Assembly: GCF_963921235.1 (NCBI RefSeq)
Contig: NC_086097.1
Location: 139,130,001-139,190,000 of the forward strand
Length of the DNA: 60,000 nucleotides
DNA from: Mobula hypostoma
Taxonomy: Eukaryota
Direction: 5' to 3'
Shown here one piece after another: positions 1 through 13,625 of the stretch. How positions within the stretch are numbered: position 1 is the stretch's first letter; every line of letters starts with the position of its first letter. The notes under the pieces were generated by a model. It saw only the letters and a program-made list of their open reading frames with translations. It made no database searches and had not been told where the DNA came from. A program made the translations under genes and the position numbers.

Positions 1-29
1 GTCACTTAGATCACATTTCTTCCTCATGC

Positions 30-3000
30 TGATATACAAGATGGCCTCCCAAGCCATGCTGAAACGCGGACAGGTGAGGCCTCCTCTATCCAGCATCTTG
101 CTGGCAAATGTGTAGTCAGTGAAAAACAAAATTGTGGATCCGAGGGCAAGACTGCTGTATCAAAGAGAACTGAGAACCTGTTTCATTGAATGCTTTATTG
201 AAATACGGCTTGACTGGGCATGCCAGAGTCAGCAGTCAAACCAGAAGGATTCTCGATTTACAGAATGGACCAAATTACTGATTCGGGAAAAGCACGAGGA
301 AGAAGTGTGTGTTTTATGATAAACTCTTATTGGTGCTCCGACATGGCAGCTTTGTCAAACTCCTGCTTCCCCCGACCTTGAACACCAAACGATCAAATGC
401 CATCAGTTCTATTTACCAAAGTAATTCTTGTCCATAATTCTGACTGCAGTTTACAGAAACAAGAAACAGCCCATCTCGATGCATTTCAAATCATAGTCAG
501 AGATTTCAACCAGGCTTGCTTGAAGAAAACCCTGCCCAATAACCACGAGTATATATCCTGTAGCAGCAAGGTCCCAACATACCAGACCACTGTTATACGA
601 AGATAAGGAATGCTTACCGTTCCTCACCGAGACTGCATTTTGGTAAATCAGATCACTTGACTGTCCTTCTACCTGTATAAAGGTAGAGGCTAAAGTGCAA
701 AGCTCCAGAGATTAGAACAACAAAGAGGTGGTTGCAGGAGGCAGAGGAGCAGTTACTGGACTGTTTTCAATCAGTGGACTAGGGTGTGTCCAAGCACTCA
801 TCTAGAGAGATATACGAATACACCATTCACTGTAAAACAGCTGTGGATGAGTGTGTTCCCATTAAATCATTCAGAGTCTTCCCCAATCAGAAGGCCTGGA
901 TGAACCATGAAATCCAAAATCAGCTGAGGGCCAGAGGAGAGGCATTCAAGTCTGGCAACCAAGAAGGTTACAAGAAGATAATGTACGATCTCTGGAAACC
1001 CATCTCGCGGGTGAAGTGGGAATTCCGGACCGAACTTGAATCAACAAGATGCTCAACAGTTGTGGCAGGGCTTGAATGCTATCACCTCTTATAATGTTAA
1101 ACCAAGCGACATGGGAGACATCAGGGCTTCGCTTCCAGGTGAGCTCAATACCTTCTATGCTCGCTTTGGTCGTCAGAACATGGAGGAACCATTGCAAATT
1201 CCCACATCCCTGGTTGATCCTCTAATTTCAGTCTTTGAAGCCGACATGTAGGCTGCCTTCTGGAGGATGAACCCACGAAAAGCATCCAGAATGAACTTAC
1301 TAAAGACCTGTGTTGATCAACTGGCTGGTGTATTCACTGAGATCTTTAACCCCTTGCTTCGGTAATGTGTAATACCCATCTGTTGCAAGCAAGCTTCAAT
1401 TATTCCAGCGTCCAAGAAGAGTGTGGTGATCTGCTCAATCACTACCATCCACAGTGATGAAGTGTTTTGAGGTGTTGGTAATGAAACAGGTCAGATCCTG
1501 CCTGAAAGAAAACTTGGCTCCGCTCCAATTTGCCTACCAGAGTAACAGGTCCATGGCAGATGTCATCTCATTGGTTCTTCACAATCCTGGAACAACTGGG
1601 CAGTAAAGATGCACAGATCAGGATGCTCTATATCGACTTCAGGTCAGCATTCAATACCATCGTTCCATCAAAACTAATCAATAAGCTCCAAGACCATGGC
1701 CTCAATACCTTCTTGTGAAATTGGATCCTGGATTTCTTCACTTGTAAACTCCAGTCAGTTCGGATTGGCAATATTGCCACCATGATCTCCATCAGCACAG
1801 GTGCACCACAAGGCTTTGTCTTCAGTCTTCTGCTCTACTCACTTTACACTTATGACTGTGGGCTAAGCACAGTCCCAATGCCATATTCAAGTATGCTGAT
1901 GATACCATTGTAGTGGGCCGCATCAAAAATGGTAATAAGTCAGCTTACAGGAGGGAGATTGAAAATCAGTCTGAGTGGTGTCATAACAACCTCTTACTCA
2001 ATGTCAGCAAGACCAAGGAACTGATTATTGACTTCAGGAGAGGGAAACCAGAGTTCCATCAGCCATTCCTCAGAGGATCAGAGGCAGAAAGGGTTAGCAA
2101 CTTTAAGTTTCTAGGTCCTGTCCTGGGTCCAGCAAAATAATGCAATTGCAAAGGAAGCACGGCATTGGCTCTATTTCCTTAGAATATGCAGAGATTCACT
2201 ATAACACTTAAACCATTGATAAACTTCTGCAAGTATGTAATGGTGAGCATATTGACTGGCTGCATCACAGCCTGGTATGGGAACACCAATGCCCTTGAAC
2301 TAAAAATATACAAAAAGTCGTGGAATTGGCCCAGTTCATGATGGGTAAAGACTTCCCAACCATTGAGCAGATCTACATGGCGCATGACTAGTCACAGTGG
2401 CTTCTATGAGGTCAACAGAAGGTGCTATTGTTCTACTTAAATGTCCTTCTAATGATTGTAAGATCTCACTGTATATTAAGAACTTAGAAGTACTGCAGGT
2501 CTGCACCATCAGTGAGTTGCTTGCTGGCAAAGATAATGAAGGAACTGCTGCCTAAGTCGATGGAGGCTGACAGTCAAATAGCAAGTGGCTGTTATGTTGC
2601 TTTTCTTGTGATCGCAAGACCCCTTTGGACATTATTAATCCAGTACACCACAAGCTTGATTCAGTGATTTATTGGATGAGAGCAGGGGCAGATGGCGGGG
2701 AGGTCCCTGGCCTCGGTCACAGCAAGGACTAGGCCTGAAGCCAGGGCCTCGCCTGTTTGTAGCCTCCGAGTGAGGGGAAGAGGCCGTTGCGCTTCACTGG
2801 GGGCGGTGTGACGCAGCGCCAGAATTGTTTGGCACTGCCTTTCCAGAGATTCCCTTGGCAGAAGACAAGTTCTGTTGTGGTTGACTAAAGATTTTTTGGT
2901 GACTCAGGCCTCAAGCTGCAGTGTCTCTTGCATTTCAGCCAGCAGGGCGGTGGTGGGGGGGTTAGAGACATCCAAGCCATCGTGCTTTACAGTGCAGGTT

Positions 3001-4015
3001 TGGTCGACTGAAGATTTCACTTGAACTGAGGAGTCTGGACTATATGCATATATATTTGTCTGGTTGTGTTTCTACAAATATTCTGTGTATGGGCCTGTAT
3101 ATGTGAAGTCTGGACCCCTAAGCTGTGATATCATCTAGCAGGCATCGGATGATGATCTTGATGGGCTGGGAGGTCTGGTCTATACACATGCATAATCTGT
3201 GCGTACTGGTACATTTACTAATATTCTATATACACACTTGTATATGAAAGGATCAGGCCTCAAAGCTGCGGTGTTGCCTAGTAGGCGTCAGGTTGGGTCG
3301 ACGGATGATATCAGTGGGCTGGAGGGTCCAGGCTGTATCTATGCATATTCTGCATTGTTGCATTTTACTGATATTCTGTACAGGTTTATTGATATATGTG
3401 AGAGGACTTTGGGGGGGGGGAGGGGGTGGAGGTTGCATCAGGACTCTTATTCTGTGAATGTGTTCTTGTGTGTGACAGTTTGTAATGCGTTTTAGCACCT
3501 TGACCCTGTAAACAACACTGTCTCATTTTGCTGTATTCATGTATCTCTGAATGATAATTAAACTTGAACTGAATGATGCGCTGTCATAGGAGGGCAGGAT
3601 CCATCATTAGGGACACCCACCACCAAGGTCATGCTCTCTTCTCGCTGCTGCATCAGGTAGAAGGTACAAGATCCTCAAGACTTGCACTAGCAGGTTCAAG
3701 AACAGTTACTAGCCCTCAACCATCAAAACAGGATAACTTCACTCACCCCATCACTGAAATGTGTCCATAACCAATGGACTCACTATCAAGGATCTTCATC
3801 TCATGTTCTTGTTATTTATTGGTATTTATTTAAATTTGCATTTGTACAGTTTGTTGTCTTCTGCACTCTGGTTGAATGCCCTAGTTGGTCTTTCATTGAT
3901 TCTGTTATAGTCACTATTCTATAGACTTGTTGAGTGTGCCCACAAAAAAATAATTTTCAAGGTTGTATATGGTGACATATATGTACTTTGAAAATAAAAT
4001 TTACTTTGAACTTTG
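30..4015 (+). mobile_element. Degraded, near full-length Rex1/Babar LINE (endonuclease + RT), split by a ~1.2 kb insertion at ~2383-3572
   Basis: Frameshifted fragments [27 protein letters not shown] (aagtatgctgatgat ~1889), WCHNNLLLNVSKTKELIIDFRR. The C-terminal part resumes at ~3573, and the 3' UTR ends aaataaaatttactttgaacttt. Confidence 0.85.
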
Positions 4016-4149
4016 GTCTGAACAACAAGTAAATCTCTTGACCATGCTTGCATGCTTTTATGCATTGAGTTGCTACCACATGATTAGCCAATTAGAAACT
4101 TGCATTAACCAGCAGGTGTACAGGTGTACCTAATAAAGTGGCCACTGGG

Positions 4150-4495
4150 TGGAAGAGGCATATACAAGAGTGGACAGCCAACGCATTTGTCCCAGAGTGG
4201 CAACGGCTAATACAAGAGGACCTACTTTTAAGGTAATTGGAGGAAAGATATAGGGGAGAGGTGGGTGTTATTTTATTAACCCTAGAGTAGCAAGTGTATT
4301 GAACACACTGCCAGGGGTGTGGTAAAGGCAGATACATTAGGGAGATTTAAGAGACTCTTAGATATGGATGAAAGAAAAATGGAAGGCTATATGGAAGGAA
4401 AGGGTGAGAATGTTGCAGTGGGTTAAAAGGTCAGCGCAACATTGTGGGCCAAAGGAACTGTACTGTGCTGTACTACTCTAAGTTCTAAGTTCAAG
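4150..4495 (+). mobile_element. CR1 LINE 3' end fragment, preceded by a Tc1-like TIR remnant (~4040-4150)
   Basis: Resembles the 3' ends of the other CR1 copies here (aatacaagagga...tttaaggt; tgtactgtgctgtac...gttcta tail). Upstream tacctaataaagtggccactg resembles a Tc1 terminus. Confidence 0.65.
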
Positions 4496-5778
4496 AATGA
4501 AGTTGTTCCACAGTAATTTTCAGGTATCTGTTCATAGTTTCATTTTGATCCAGAAAGCCTCCCAAGGTATAAAATAATCCAATATGAAAATAACTGACAT
4601 AAAGTGTAATAAAGATACTGGATCTAAAACAGCAATATTTCATCCACAAACAAGCAAAGTGAAACCACAGAAAAACAAGGCATAGGAAAACACATGAAAT
4701 GTAATGTACATGTTTGCTACACTTTTAAAGAATTTGTAATATGTACTTTCACCAATCTCAAAAGTTAAATTTTTAAATCACACAAACCGCAACTTCCTCA
4801 TGCAAAGATTTCTTCAGACTATACACAGTAAGTAACATGCTACTATCCCAAAAGAATGAAATCTTTGCAAATGTAACCTTTATGCAAGCTACCTTTTATG
4901 GTGGGAGCTGATTCAGCAGTAATTTTCAAAAGGGATTTAGGGAAATACTTAATGCAGAATTTTCAGGTGGGAAAAAAAGCCAAGAGTTTCAATTTCTACG
5001 GTACCTTTCAAATCTCCAGAACTCATAATGCATTTTGCTGATGAGGATATTATTAAAGTGAAGTCGTCCTAGTAAAGTAGAAACATGATGTACTTGGGTA
5101 AGAATAGGAGAGCAAGGCGAATTACAGGGACTGTGTGAGGCAAGGGTTAAGTTATCAGCCCAGCAAGCACTTTAAAAAATAAAAACAGAAAATGCCAGAA
5201 ATATTCAGCAGGATGCACATGAGGGAGAAGTGCAGTTAACGTTTCAGGTTTTTCATTGTTAGCAGTTCATACCACTGTATGAGTGATGAACTACTTTAAA
5301 AAGCTCTTCATGCACAACCTGATCTTGTTTTTAACCATTGCAATAGGAATACCACAGCGCACATAGAATAAACCACTGGGAGAGTGGCCCAGGACATGCC
5401 TCTGTCATTAAAATATGTAACTTGAATAACTCATCTTTGCAAAGTCAATTTTGACCTTTTTCAGTAAAGAAGAGCTCATGGAAGTATCAATTATACATTT
5501 GGAAGTCTGTTGAAATGACATAATGAGATACTTCAGCCTTGTTATGAAGGGAGATACCACAGAAAATCTACCTCAGGGTATTTGAAGAGGTTTCCTTTGA
5601 GGAAATACAGTCCATAGATGCTTTCTAAGAAATGGAAGGGTAACTATTCATACACACCTTCCAAAACAGCTCCAAGAGAATGCTACACCACCTTTAGAAA
5701 CAAATGTCAAACAGTAATGCAAACTGGTAAAAATGTATGAATATTCATAGGTCACCAGATTAAATAAACTTTGCTCAC

Positions 5779-5964
5779 CTCCCATTTGTCAGTGTTATTT
5801 GGTCCACGATTGTTTGTTTTGAGAAGGTACAGCCTTCCTGTTCCATCTGACAAGGCTGCCCATGTAGGTGATGTAAAATGCATCGAAGCACAGACCAAGG
5901 TGTCACATGATTTAATTTCTGCTGAGAGCCGGAACACCTCCCTGGGCTTGCTAATTGCTGTATC
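5779..5964 (-). CDS. NUDCD1: NUDCD1 internal coding exon (equivalent to human exon 3)
   Basis: DTAISKPREVFRLSAEIKSCDTLVCASMHFTSPTWAALSDGTGRLYLLKTNNRGPNNTDKWE (inside ORF 5752..5994) matches recalled human DTALGKPREVFRL...CASIHFSSSTWVTLSDGTGRLY...EKWE. Acceptor AAG (AG at 5965-5966), donor GTGAG from 5778. 186 bp, phase 0-0, in frame with the upstream exon. Confidence 0.95.
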
Positions 5965-7211
5965 CTTTGAACATAACACATTTTTAGAAGTCAAGGGATC
6001 AGTGAAGTTTTAGTCGGGAAATTAGAAACTTTAGAACATATATACACACTTGTAAAAGGCATATATCTTGCATCATATACAGTATCTGCTACAATCAAGC
6101 AAATAGAAATATAAAACTAAAGGTAGTAACTTAATACTGGACTTCAAGAGCTTATATATCATACAATAACATTATTCAAGAAAAATAGACCATGGTTCAG
6201 CTGGCTTGTCATCCACCATCCAGTCACATACAATAACAGAGTTGCTGACTTAACATAGCAATCAATCGCTATTACAGACCTTAATACAAGGCAAGAATGG
6301 CCCCCTGTGATAGAAACTTCTTATAGGTATAACTTGGTGCAATTGGCAGAACGCTGGTTGTGAAACACTTCTGGCTTGGTTTAGGAATACCAAGAAATAA
6401 AAGAATAATCACCAAGAAGCTGATAAGTTACAGGGGTATTCTCTTCTCATGTTCATTCCATCCAGATCTAAAATGAGCCTCAAAACTACAACATGCCCAG
6501 AATAGAGAGCAGCCCTCGTGCAAACATATTTCATAAAACATTGAGGATTGTGCATATTGTAACTGTCATCAATAGAACCATAGAACACTACAGCAATGGT
6601 AGTTTATTAGTTGTTTAATGGTAAGAACACATCTGAAAATCTGTAATGCCAATTCCCAGAACAGCAGTCAGGTTTATAGTCTTAAGTGGAAACCAGTAGT
6701 TCATGTGTGCATAGTAAATTGGTTTCTCACGCAAATATTGTTGGCTGATTACAGAAGTTCTAGACAAACGGTCCATCCACTCTTTTGATAGGGAAATTGT
6801 GCGAATGTGGAGAAATTACAAAAAACAGGATGAGTCATTTCAGTTATTATATATACAAAGGCAATGAAAAACAGTCAGTTTTTCTCATGAAACCACAAAT
6901 CTAAAGGGCATCCACATTCCTGAAGTACCTAAGAATTTTTAAATCTTTGTCTAGGGTATATTCAACAAGACAAAAATTGATTATACTGATGGTGGATGCT
7001 CTGAAGCCCATTCTTTTACTCTCAACCATCAGTGATGGATAGTGTTGTCAAGTGCACTTACTAATTGCTTGGACATTAATGCTCAAGTTTGAGCTTTGGC
7101 TGGACTACTCAACTACTGATCTACAAACGTAATTATATACTTTTGTCCATGCTTGGGCCAAGATTAAAAGTGACTGCCTTTGACACCAAAGTGGCATGTG
7201 GCTCCATATAA

Positions 7212-7380
7212 CACAGAAAATGGTGGATGAACTCATCAGGTCAGGTAGCATCAATGGAAAAGAATAAACAGTAGACATTTCAGGCCAAGACGTTTGCTGC
7301 CTGACCTGCTGAGTTCCTCCAGCATTTTATGTGTTGCTCTGGATTTCCAGCATCTGCAGAATCTCTTGTGTTAAATCATT
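7212..7380. mobile_element. Fold-back element made of inverted Penelope terminal sequence, 15-bp TSD
   Basis: ~40-bp inverted arms (7211-7249 vs ~7296-7333). TGTGGCTCCATATAA is present at 7197-7211 and 7381-7395. Confidence 0.8.
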
Positions 7381-8314
7381 TGTGGCTCCATATAAAATGT
7401 CTATGCATTTCCTTCCAAGCTAAAATCAAACATGTTGCAAGACAGGTGATGACCTGAGAATTCTGTATACATGGTCAAGAATGCAGGGCTCTACCACTCT
7501 CCCTATCTGTACTATTTTGCAAATGATACTAGAATCACCCTGTTACTGCCTCAGAAACTAAATACTGGTGAGCCCAGCATCGCTGATATATTCAACTCTC
7601 AATATGAAAGAACTGCAGTAACATCGCCTTTAGATATAGTAAATTAGCTGCCTCTTTGAGCTTACATGGCTCAGAGTCTAGCTACTGACTTGCTGTTCCC
7701 AGAACACAAATGCACAAAAACATCTCAAGCAAAACAAATCGAGTAGCTGCTCCCTACTTTTGGAAAAATAGATCAATAGTGGCAGTACAGCATTGCAAAA
7801 TCCCTCAAGGGAATCTGAAGAAACAACAAGCGGTGCACAAAGGAATTCATGAAAGAATAATTACAGCAACTTGTGGATGCTTTAAAATAAACAAAACAGT
7901 TGTGTTGGCTACGTCTGCCAGCTCCTTTAATTTACAGAACAGGAATGAACAATGAGCAATCAGGATCAGCCTACTCAGCTACAACCAAAGATGGGACCCT
8001 CCAACTATTTACATTGGCCAAAATTTGCAGACAAGGAAAAGACAGACTTGCTGAGAGCTGGCCAATGTTTTTAATCGGCTTTAGAATGAATTCCTGCACT
8101 ATCTACACAATCCAGGAAGGCACATCTGCAGGATATCTGTGGCATCTCTAAGCAGGCTAGGACCCTTCAACCAATTAGTCTGACTTACCATCACAGAGAC
8201 ATGCACAATGTAAAGCAAGCAGCATAAAGTAACAACTATAAATCAGGTTTAACTTTTCCACAGAAAGCAGAATAAAGATCAGGAGAAACAAATAGGATTA
8301 AAAAAGGAAAATGA

Positions 8315-9982
8315 AAGTTTTCTGCAACTTCTGCCATCTCCAAAGGGATCCTACTACCAAACCTATCTTTACTTCGCCCTCTGCTTTCTGCAGAGATCGG
8401 TCCCTCTGTAATTCCATTGTCCATTTATCCCTCCCCACTAATCTCCCTCCTAGCACTTATCTCTGCAGGCAGCCAAAATGCTACACCTGCCATTGATCTC
8501 CTCCCTCATGTCCAACCAGGGCTCCAATCAGTTCTTCCAGGTGAGGCAACACTTCACGTGCGAATCTGTTGAGGTGGGTTATCGTGTCCGGTGCTCTCGA
8601 TGCTGCCTCCTCTATATCGGTGAGACCCAAAACAGAAAGGGGGATCACTTTGTTGAGCGCCTCAGCTCCCTCTGCCAAAAGCAAAACTTCTCAGTGGTCA
8701 AACATTTTAATTCCGATTCCCATTCTGACAGGTCATTCCATGGCCTCCTCTTATATCACAATGAGGCCACCCTCAGGGTGGAAGAGCAATACCTTATAAT
8801 CCATGTGGGTAGCCATCAAATGTCATCTATAAATTTGTTGATGATACAACCATTGTTGGCAGAATTTTAAATGCTGATGAGAGTGCGTACAAGAGTGAGA
8901 TATATCATCAAGACGACTGGTGTCACAGCAACAACCTTGCACTGAACATCAGTAAGACCAAAGAACTGATTGTGGACTTCAGAAAGGGTAAGACGAGGGA
9001 ACATACACCAGATCTCATAGAGTACTGTGGCTATATTTTATTAGGAGTTTGAAAAGATTTGTATGTTACCAAAAACAATTGAAATTTTCTACAGATGTAT
9101 TGTGGAGAACATTCTAACTGGCTACATAACCATCAGGTGTTGGGGGGGGGCACAGTGGAGAGAGGGTCTACTGCACAGGATCAAAGTAAGCTGCAGAGTG
9201 TCATAAACTTGTCAGCTCCGTCATGAACACCAGCCTCTATAGCATCCAGGACATCTTCAAGGAGTGATGCCTCAAAAAGGCGACATCCATTATTAACAAC
9301 CCCCATCATGCCTTGTTCTCATTGTTACCATCAGGAGGGAGGTACAGAAGCGTGAAGGCACTCACTTAACAATTCAGGAACGGTTTCTTCCCCTCTTCCC
9401 ATTCAAGTTCTGAATCGACACTGAACCCATGAACCTTAGCTCATGACTTTTTTATTTCAATTTTTGTATTACTTATTAAATTTAATTATTTAATGTATGT
9501 ATATCTAATGTAATTCACAGATTTTTTTTCTGTTATTATGTATTTTGTTATACTGCTGCTGCAAAGGCAACAAATCTCACAACATATGCCAGTGATACTT
9601 AAACCGGACTCTGATTCTCCAAACAGATGGCATGAATGTTGATTTCTTTTTCCGGTTAATAATTCCCCATCCCTCTCTCCTCTTCTTCTATTCCCCACTT
9701 TGGTCTTTCACCTCTTCTCACTTGCCTATCACCTCTCCTGGGTTCCCTCCTCTTTCCCTTTCTCCTACGTCCACTCTCCTCTCTGATCAGATTTAATCCT
9801 CTCCAGCACTTCACTGTTCCTACCTATCTGCCTTCACCATCACCTTCTAGCTATCTTCCTTCCTTTCCCCCTAGCTTTTTATTATAATGTCTTCCCCCTT
9901 CCTGAAGAAGGGTTGTGGTCTGAAACATCAACTGTTTATTCATTTCCATAGACGCTGCCTAACCTGCCAAATTCCTCAAGCA
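8315..9982 (+). mobile_element. Penelope-like element 3' part (GIY-YIG endonuclease + terminal repeat), split by a Rex insertion; tail continues at ~13631-13668
   Basis: ORF 8478..8870 FQVRQHFTCESVEVGYRVRCSRCCLLYIGET (GIY-YIG). The sequence resumes at ~9617 (DGMNVDFS-like), followed by a polypyrimidine UTR and the terminal motif. Confidence 0.85.
8814..9616 (+). mobile_element. 5'-truncated Rex1/Babar LINE inserted in Penelope
   Basis: YKFVDDTT...NNLALNISKTKELIVDFRK-type coding remnants; 3' tail cagtgatacttaaaccggactctgattct. Confidence 0.8.
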
Positions 9983-12900
9983 GAATTGGGCCATCTGGCC
10001 CATCAAGTCTGCTCTGCCAATTCATCATGGCTGATCCATTTCCATCTCAGCCCCAATCTCCTGTCTTCTTCCTATTTCCCTTCATGCCCTGACTAATCAA
10101 GAATCTACCAACCTCTACCTTAAATATACCTAATAACTTGACCTCCATAGTGGCCTGTGGCAACGAATTCCACAGATTCTCCATTCTCTGGCTAAAGAAA
10201 TTCCTTCTCATCTCCATTCTAAACGGGCATCCCTTTATTCTGAGGCTTTGTCCTCTGATCATAGACTTTCTGACCATAGGAAAGATCCTCTCCATCGAGG
10301 CCTTTCAACATTTGACAGGTTTCTATGAGACCACTCACTCATTCGTCTGAATTCCAGAGAGTACAGGCTCAGAGCCATGAATGCTCCACATATGATAAGC
10401 CTTTCAATCCCAGAACAATTTTCCTGAGCCTCCTTTGAAAAACCTCCACTATCAGCACATCCTTTTCTTAGATAAGAGGCCTTGAACTGCTCACAAAAAG
10501 TGAGGCCACACCAGTGCTTTATAAAGCCTCAACATTGCATCCTTGCTTTTATATTGTAGTCATCTCATATTGAATGCTAATAATGCATTTGCTTTCCTCA
10601 CCGTTGACTCAACCTGCAAATTAACCTTCAAGGAATCCTGCACAAAGACTCTCAACTCTCTTTGCACTCATTTAGAATTTTCGCTCTATTTAGAAAATAG
10701 TCAGCTTTCATTTCTTCAGCCAAAGTGCATGACCATAAATTTCCCAACATTATATTCCAAATGCCACTTCTTTGCCCATTCTCCTAATTTGTCTAAGTCC
10801 TTCTGTAGCTTCCTGCATCCTCAGCACTACCTACCCCTCCACTTATCTTTATATCATCCGCAAAAGCCATCAATTCCGTCATCCAAATCATTGGCACACA
10901 TCATAAAAAGGAACGGTCCCAACATCGACCCCTGAAGAACACCACTAGTCATCAACAGTTTTCCAGAAAAGCCTCCCTTTACTCACACTCTTTGCCCTTT
11001 GCCAATCAGCCAATGCTCAATCCATGCTAGTATCTTTCCTGTAATACCATTGGCCCTTAACTTGTTAAGCAGCCTCATATATGGCAGCTTGTCAAAAGCC
11101 TTCTGATAATCCAATTTTCCACCGTCTATCCAGCTTCTTATTTCCTCAAAGAATTCCAATAGATTTGTGTACCGACATTTTCCCTTAAGGAAATCACGTT
11201 GACTTCGGCCTATTTTATCATGTACCTCCTAATACCCCGAAACCACATCCTCAACCATCGACTCCAACATCTTCCCAACCACTGCTGGAATTCTTTGAAG
11301 AAATAACATGCCCTATGCTTTCCTTTCTCCTGTCTCTATCCCTTCTTTAAGACTGAAATGAGATTTACAATTTTGCAGTCCTCTGGAACCATGCCAGAAT
11401 CTATTGACTCATGAAAGATCATAACTCATGCCTCCACAATCTCTTCAGCCACCTCTTTCAGAACCTGGAGTGTAGACCATCTGATTCAGGTGCCTTATCT
11501 ACCTTCAGACCTTTCAGTTTCCCTAGTACCTTCTCCCTAGCAAAGACAAATTCACTCACTCCTCCCCCCCCCCCCCCCGACACTCTCAGACGTCTGGCAT
11601 ACTGCTAGTGTCCTCTAAAGATGACTGATGCGAAATATTTATTCAGTTTGTCCTCCAATTCCTTGTCCCCATTACTACCTCTCCAGCATCATTTTCCAAT
11701 GGTCCAATATCCACTCTTGCCTCTCTTTTACACTTTATATATCTGAAGATACTTTTGGTATCCTCTTGAATATTATTGGCTAGCTTAACTTCATATTCCA
11801 TCTTTTCATTCTTAATGACTTTTTTTTTTGAGTTGCCTTCTGCTGGTTTTTAAAAACTTCCCAATCCTCTAACTTCCGACTAATTTTTGCTCTATTATAT
11901 GCCCTCTCTTTGGCTTTTACCTTGGCCTTAACGCTCGTCAGCTACAGATGCTTCATCCTGCCTTTAGAATACTTCTTCTTTGAGATGTATCTATCCTGTG
12001 CCTTCCAAATTGCTCCCAGAAGCTCCAGTCATTGCTGCTCTGCCATCATCCCTGCCAGCATTCCCTTCCAATCAATCTGGCCAGCTCTTTTCTCATGCCT
12101 CTGTAATTCCCTTTATTCCACTGTAATATTGATGGATGTGACTTCAGCTTCTCCTTCTCAAATTGCAGGGTGAATTCTATCACATTATGATCACTGTTCC
12201 CCAAGGGTTCCTTTATCTCAAGCTCTCTAATCAATTCTGGTTCATTGCACAACATCCAATCCAGTATAGCTGATCCCCTTGTAGGCTCAACCACAGCTGC
12301 TCTAAAAAGCCATCTTGTAGGCATTCTAGAAACTCCACAGCAACAACCTGATTTTCCCAATCTACTTGCATATTGAAATCCCCCATGTCTATCATAACAT
12401 TGCCCTTTTGACATGCATTTTCTATCTCCTGTTGTAATTTCTAGACCACATCTTTGCTGCTGTCCAGCCTCTATATTTCGCTTACAGTTACTTAGCTCTA
12501 CACCTTATGATCCTATAACACCTCCTTCTAATGATTTGATTTCACCTTTTTACCAACAGAGCCATCCCCGCCTATCTGCATATCCTTTTAACAGAATGTG
12601 TATCCTTGGACGTTAAAGCTCCCAGCTATAATCTTCTTTCAGCCACAATTCAGTGATGCCCACAACATCATACATGCCAATCTGTAACTGTGCTACGAGT
12701 TCATCTACCTTGTTTCATATATTGCATACATTCTAATACAACACCTTCAGTCCTGTATTCATCACCCTTTTCGATTTTGGACCCCTTTTAGATTGCAACA
12801 GCCCGTTGACTGCAATTTTGCCCTATCATCAGCCTGTCCTTGTTAGCAGTTTCACTGCACACTGTCTTTGTTTGTAAACCAACTGCCTCACTGTGGCTTC

Positions 12901-13625
12901 CCCCAGTAGATCATCTCCCTCACCAGTATCCAAAGTGGTATACTTATTACTGAAGGTAACGGCCACAGTGGTACTCTGCACAGGCTGCCCATTTCCCTTC
13001 CTTCTCCTGACAGTCACCAGTTACCTGCTTCTTGCAACCTAGAGGTGACTACCTCCCTGTAGTTCCCATCTATCACTTCCTCAGTCTCCCATATGAGCCG
13101 AAGGTCATCGAGCTGCAGCTCCAGTTCCTTAACACATTCTCCGAGGAGCTGCAGCTTGGTGCACCTGGTGCAGATGTGGTTATCCAGGAAGCTGGAGGTC
13201 TCCCAGAATTCCCACATCTCACACAAAGAACACAACACTGCCCCGGAGCCATTCTTACTGCACTAACTGTGCCCTAACAGACAAGGAGTAAAGAAGAAGA
13301 AACTTACCAGGTACTTAACCTCCCCAAGCCTGATGAGCCAAAGCCACTCTTAACACTGGCCTACTCACACAATGGCTGCTTCACTTACCCCTGCCTTACT
13401 TTTATTTACCCTTTCTAATGAATTCTGTTCACTGATTGGGGACAGTCCAACTCTGAAAACTGCAGCGAAACGCTGCCTTTTTAAATCTTCAATTGCAGTC
13501 CTAAGTAAAATCGCCATTTCTCCTTCTCGGCCTCAGTCCAACTCGAAAACCTGCCATGAAGTACGGCCTTTTTTAACGTTCAATCGCAGACCAAGTGAAC
13601 ACTGGTTCTTCTCGTGCTCCCGTTC
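9983..13625 (-). mobile_element. Degraded CR1 LINE with internal deletions (ORF1 remnant, endonuclease, RT, 3' end), inserted in the Penelope tail
   Basis: ORF 13014..13238 CSLCEMWE...CTRCTKLQLL...LELQLDDL (ORF1 Cys motif/leucine zipper); 12046..12414 EPTRGSAILD...LGNSDHN (endonuclease end); 10047..10295 RRNFFSQR.ENLWNSLP (CR1 C-terminus). Confidence 0.85.

Noticed and set aside
1..5778. Next downstream NUDCD1 exon (IMFNEELG...-like)
   Set aside because: No matching minus-strand translation was found; it presumably lies left of the window.
5965..5994. N-terminal extension MTSKNVLCSK of ORF 5752..5994 as a gene start
   Set aside because: NUDCD1 similarity starts exactly at the AG acceptor (5964), so the extension and the VSKVYLIW tail are intron read-through.
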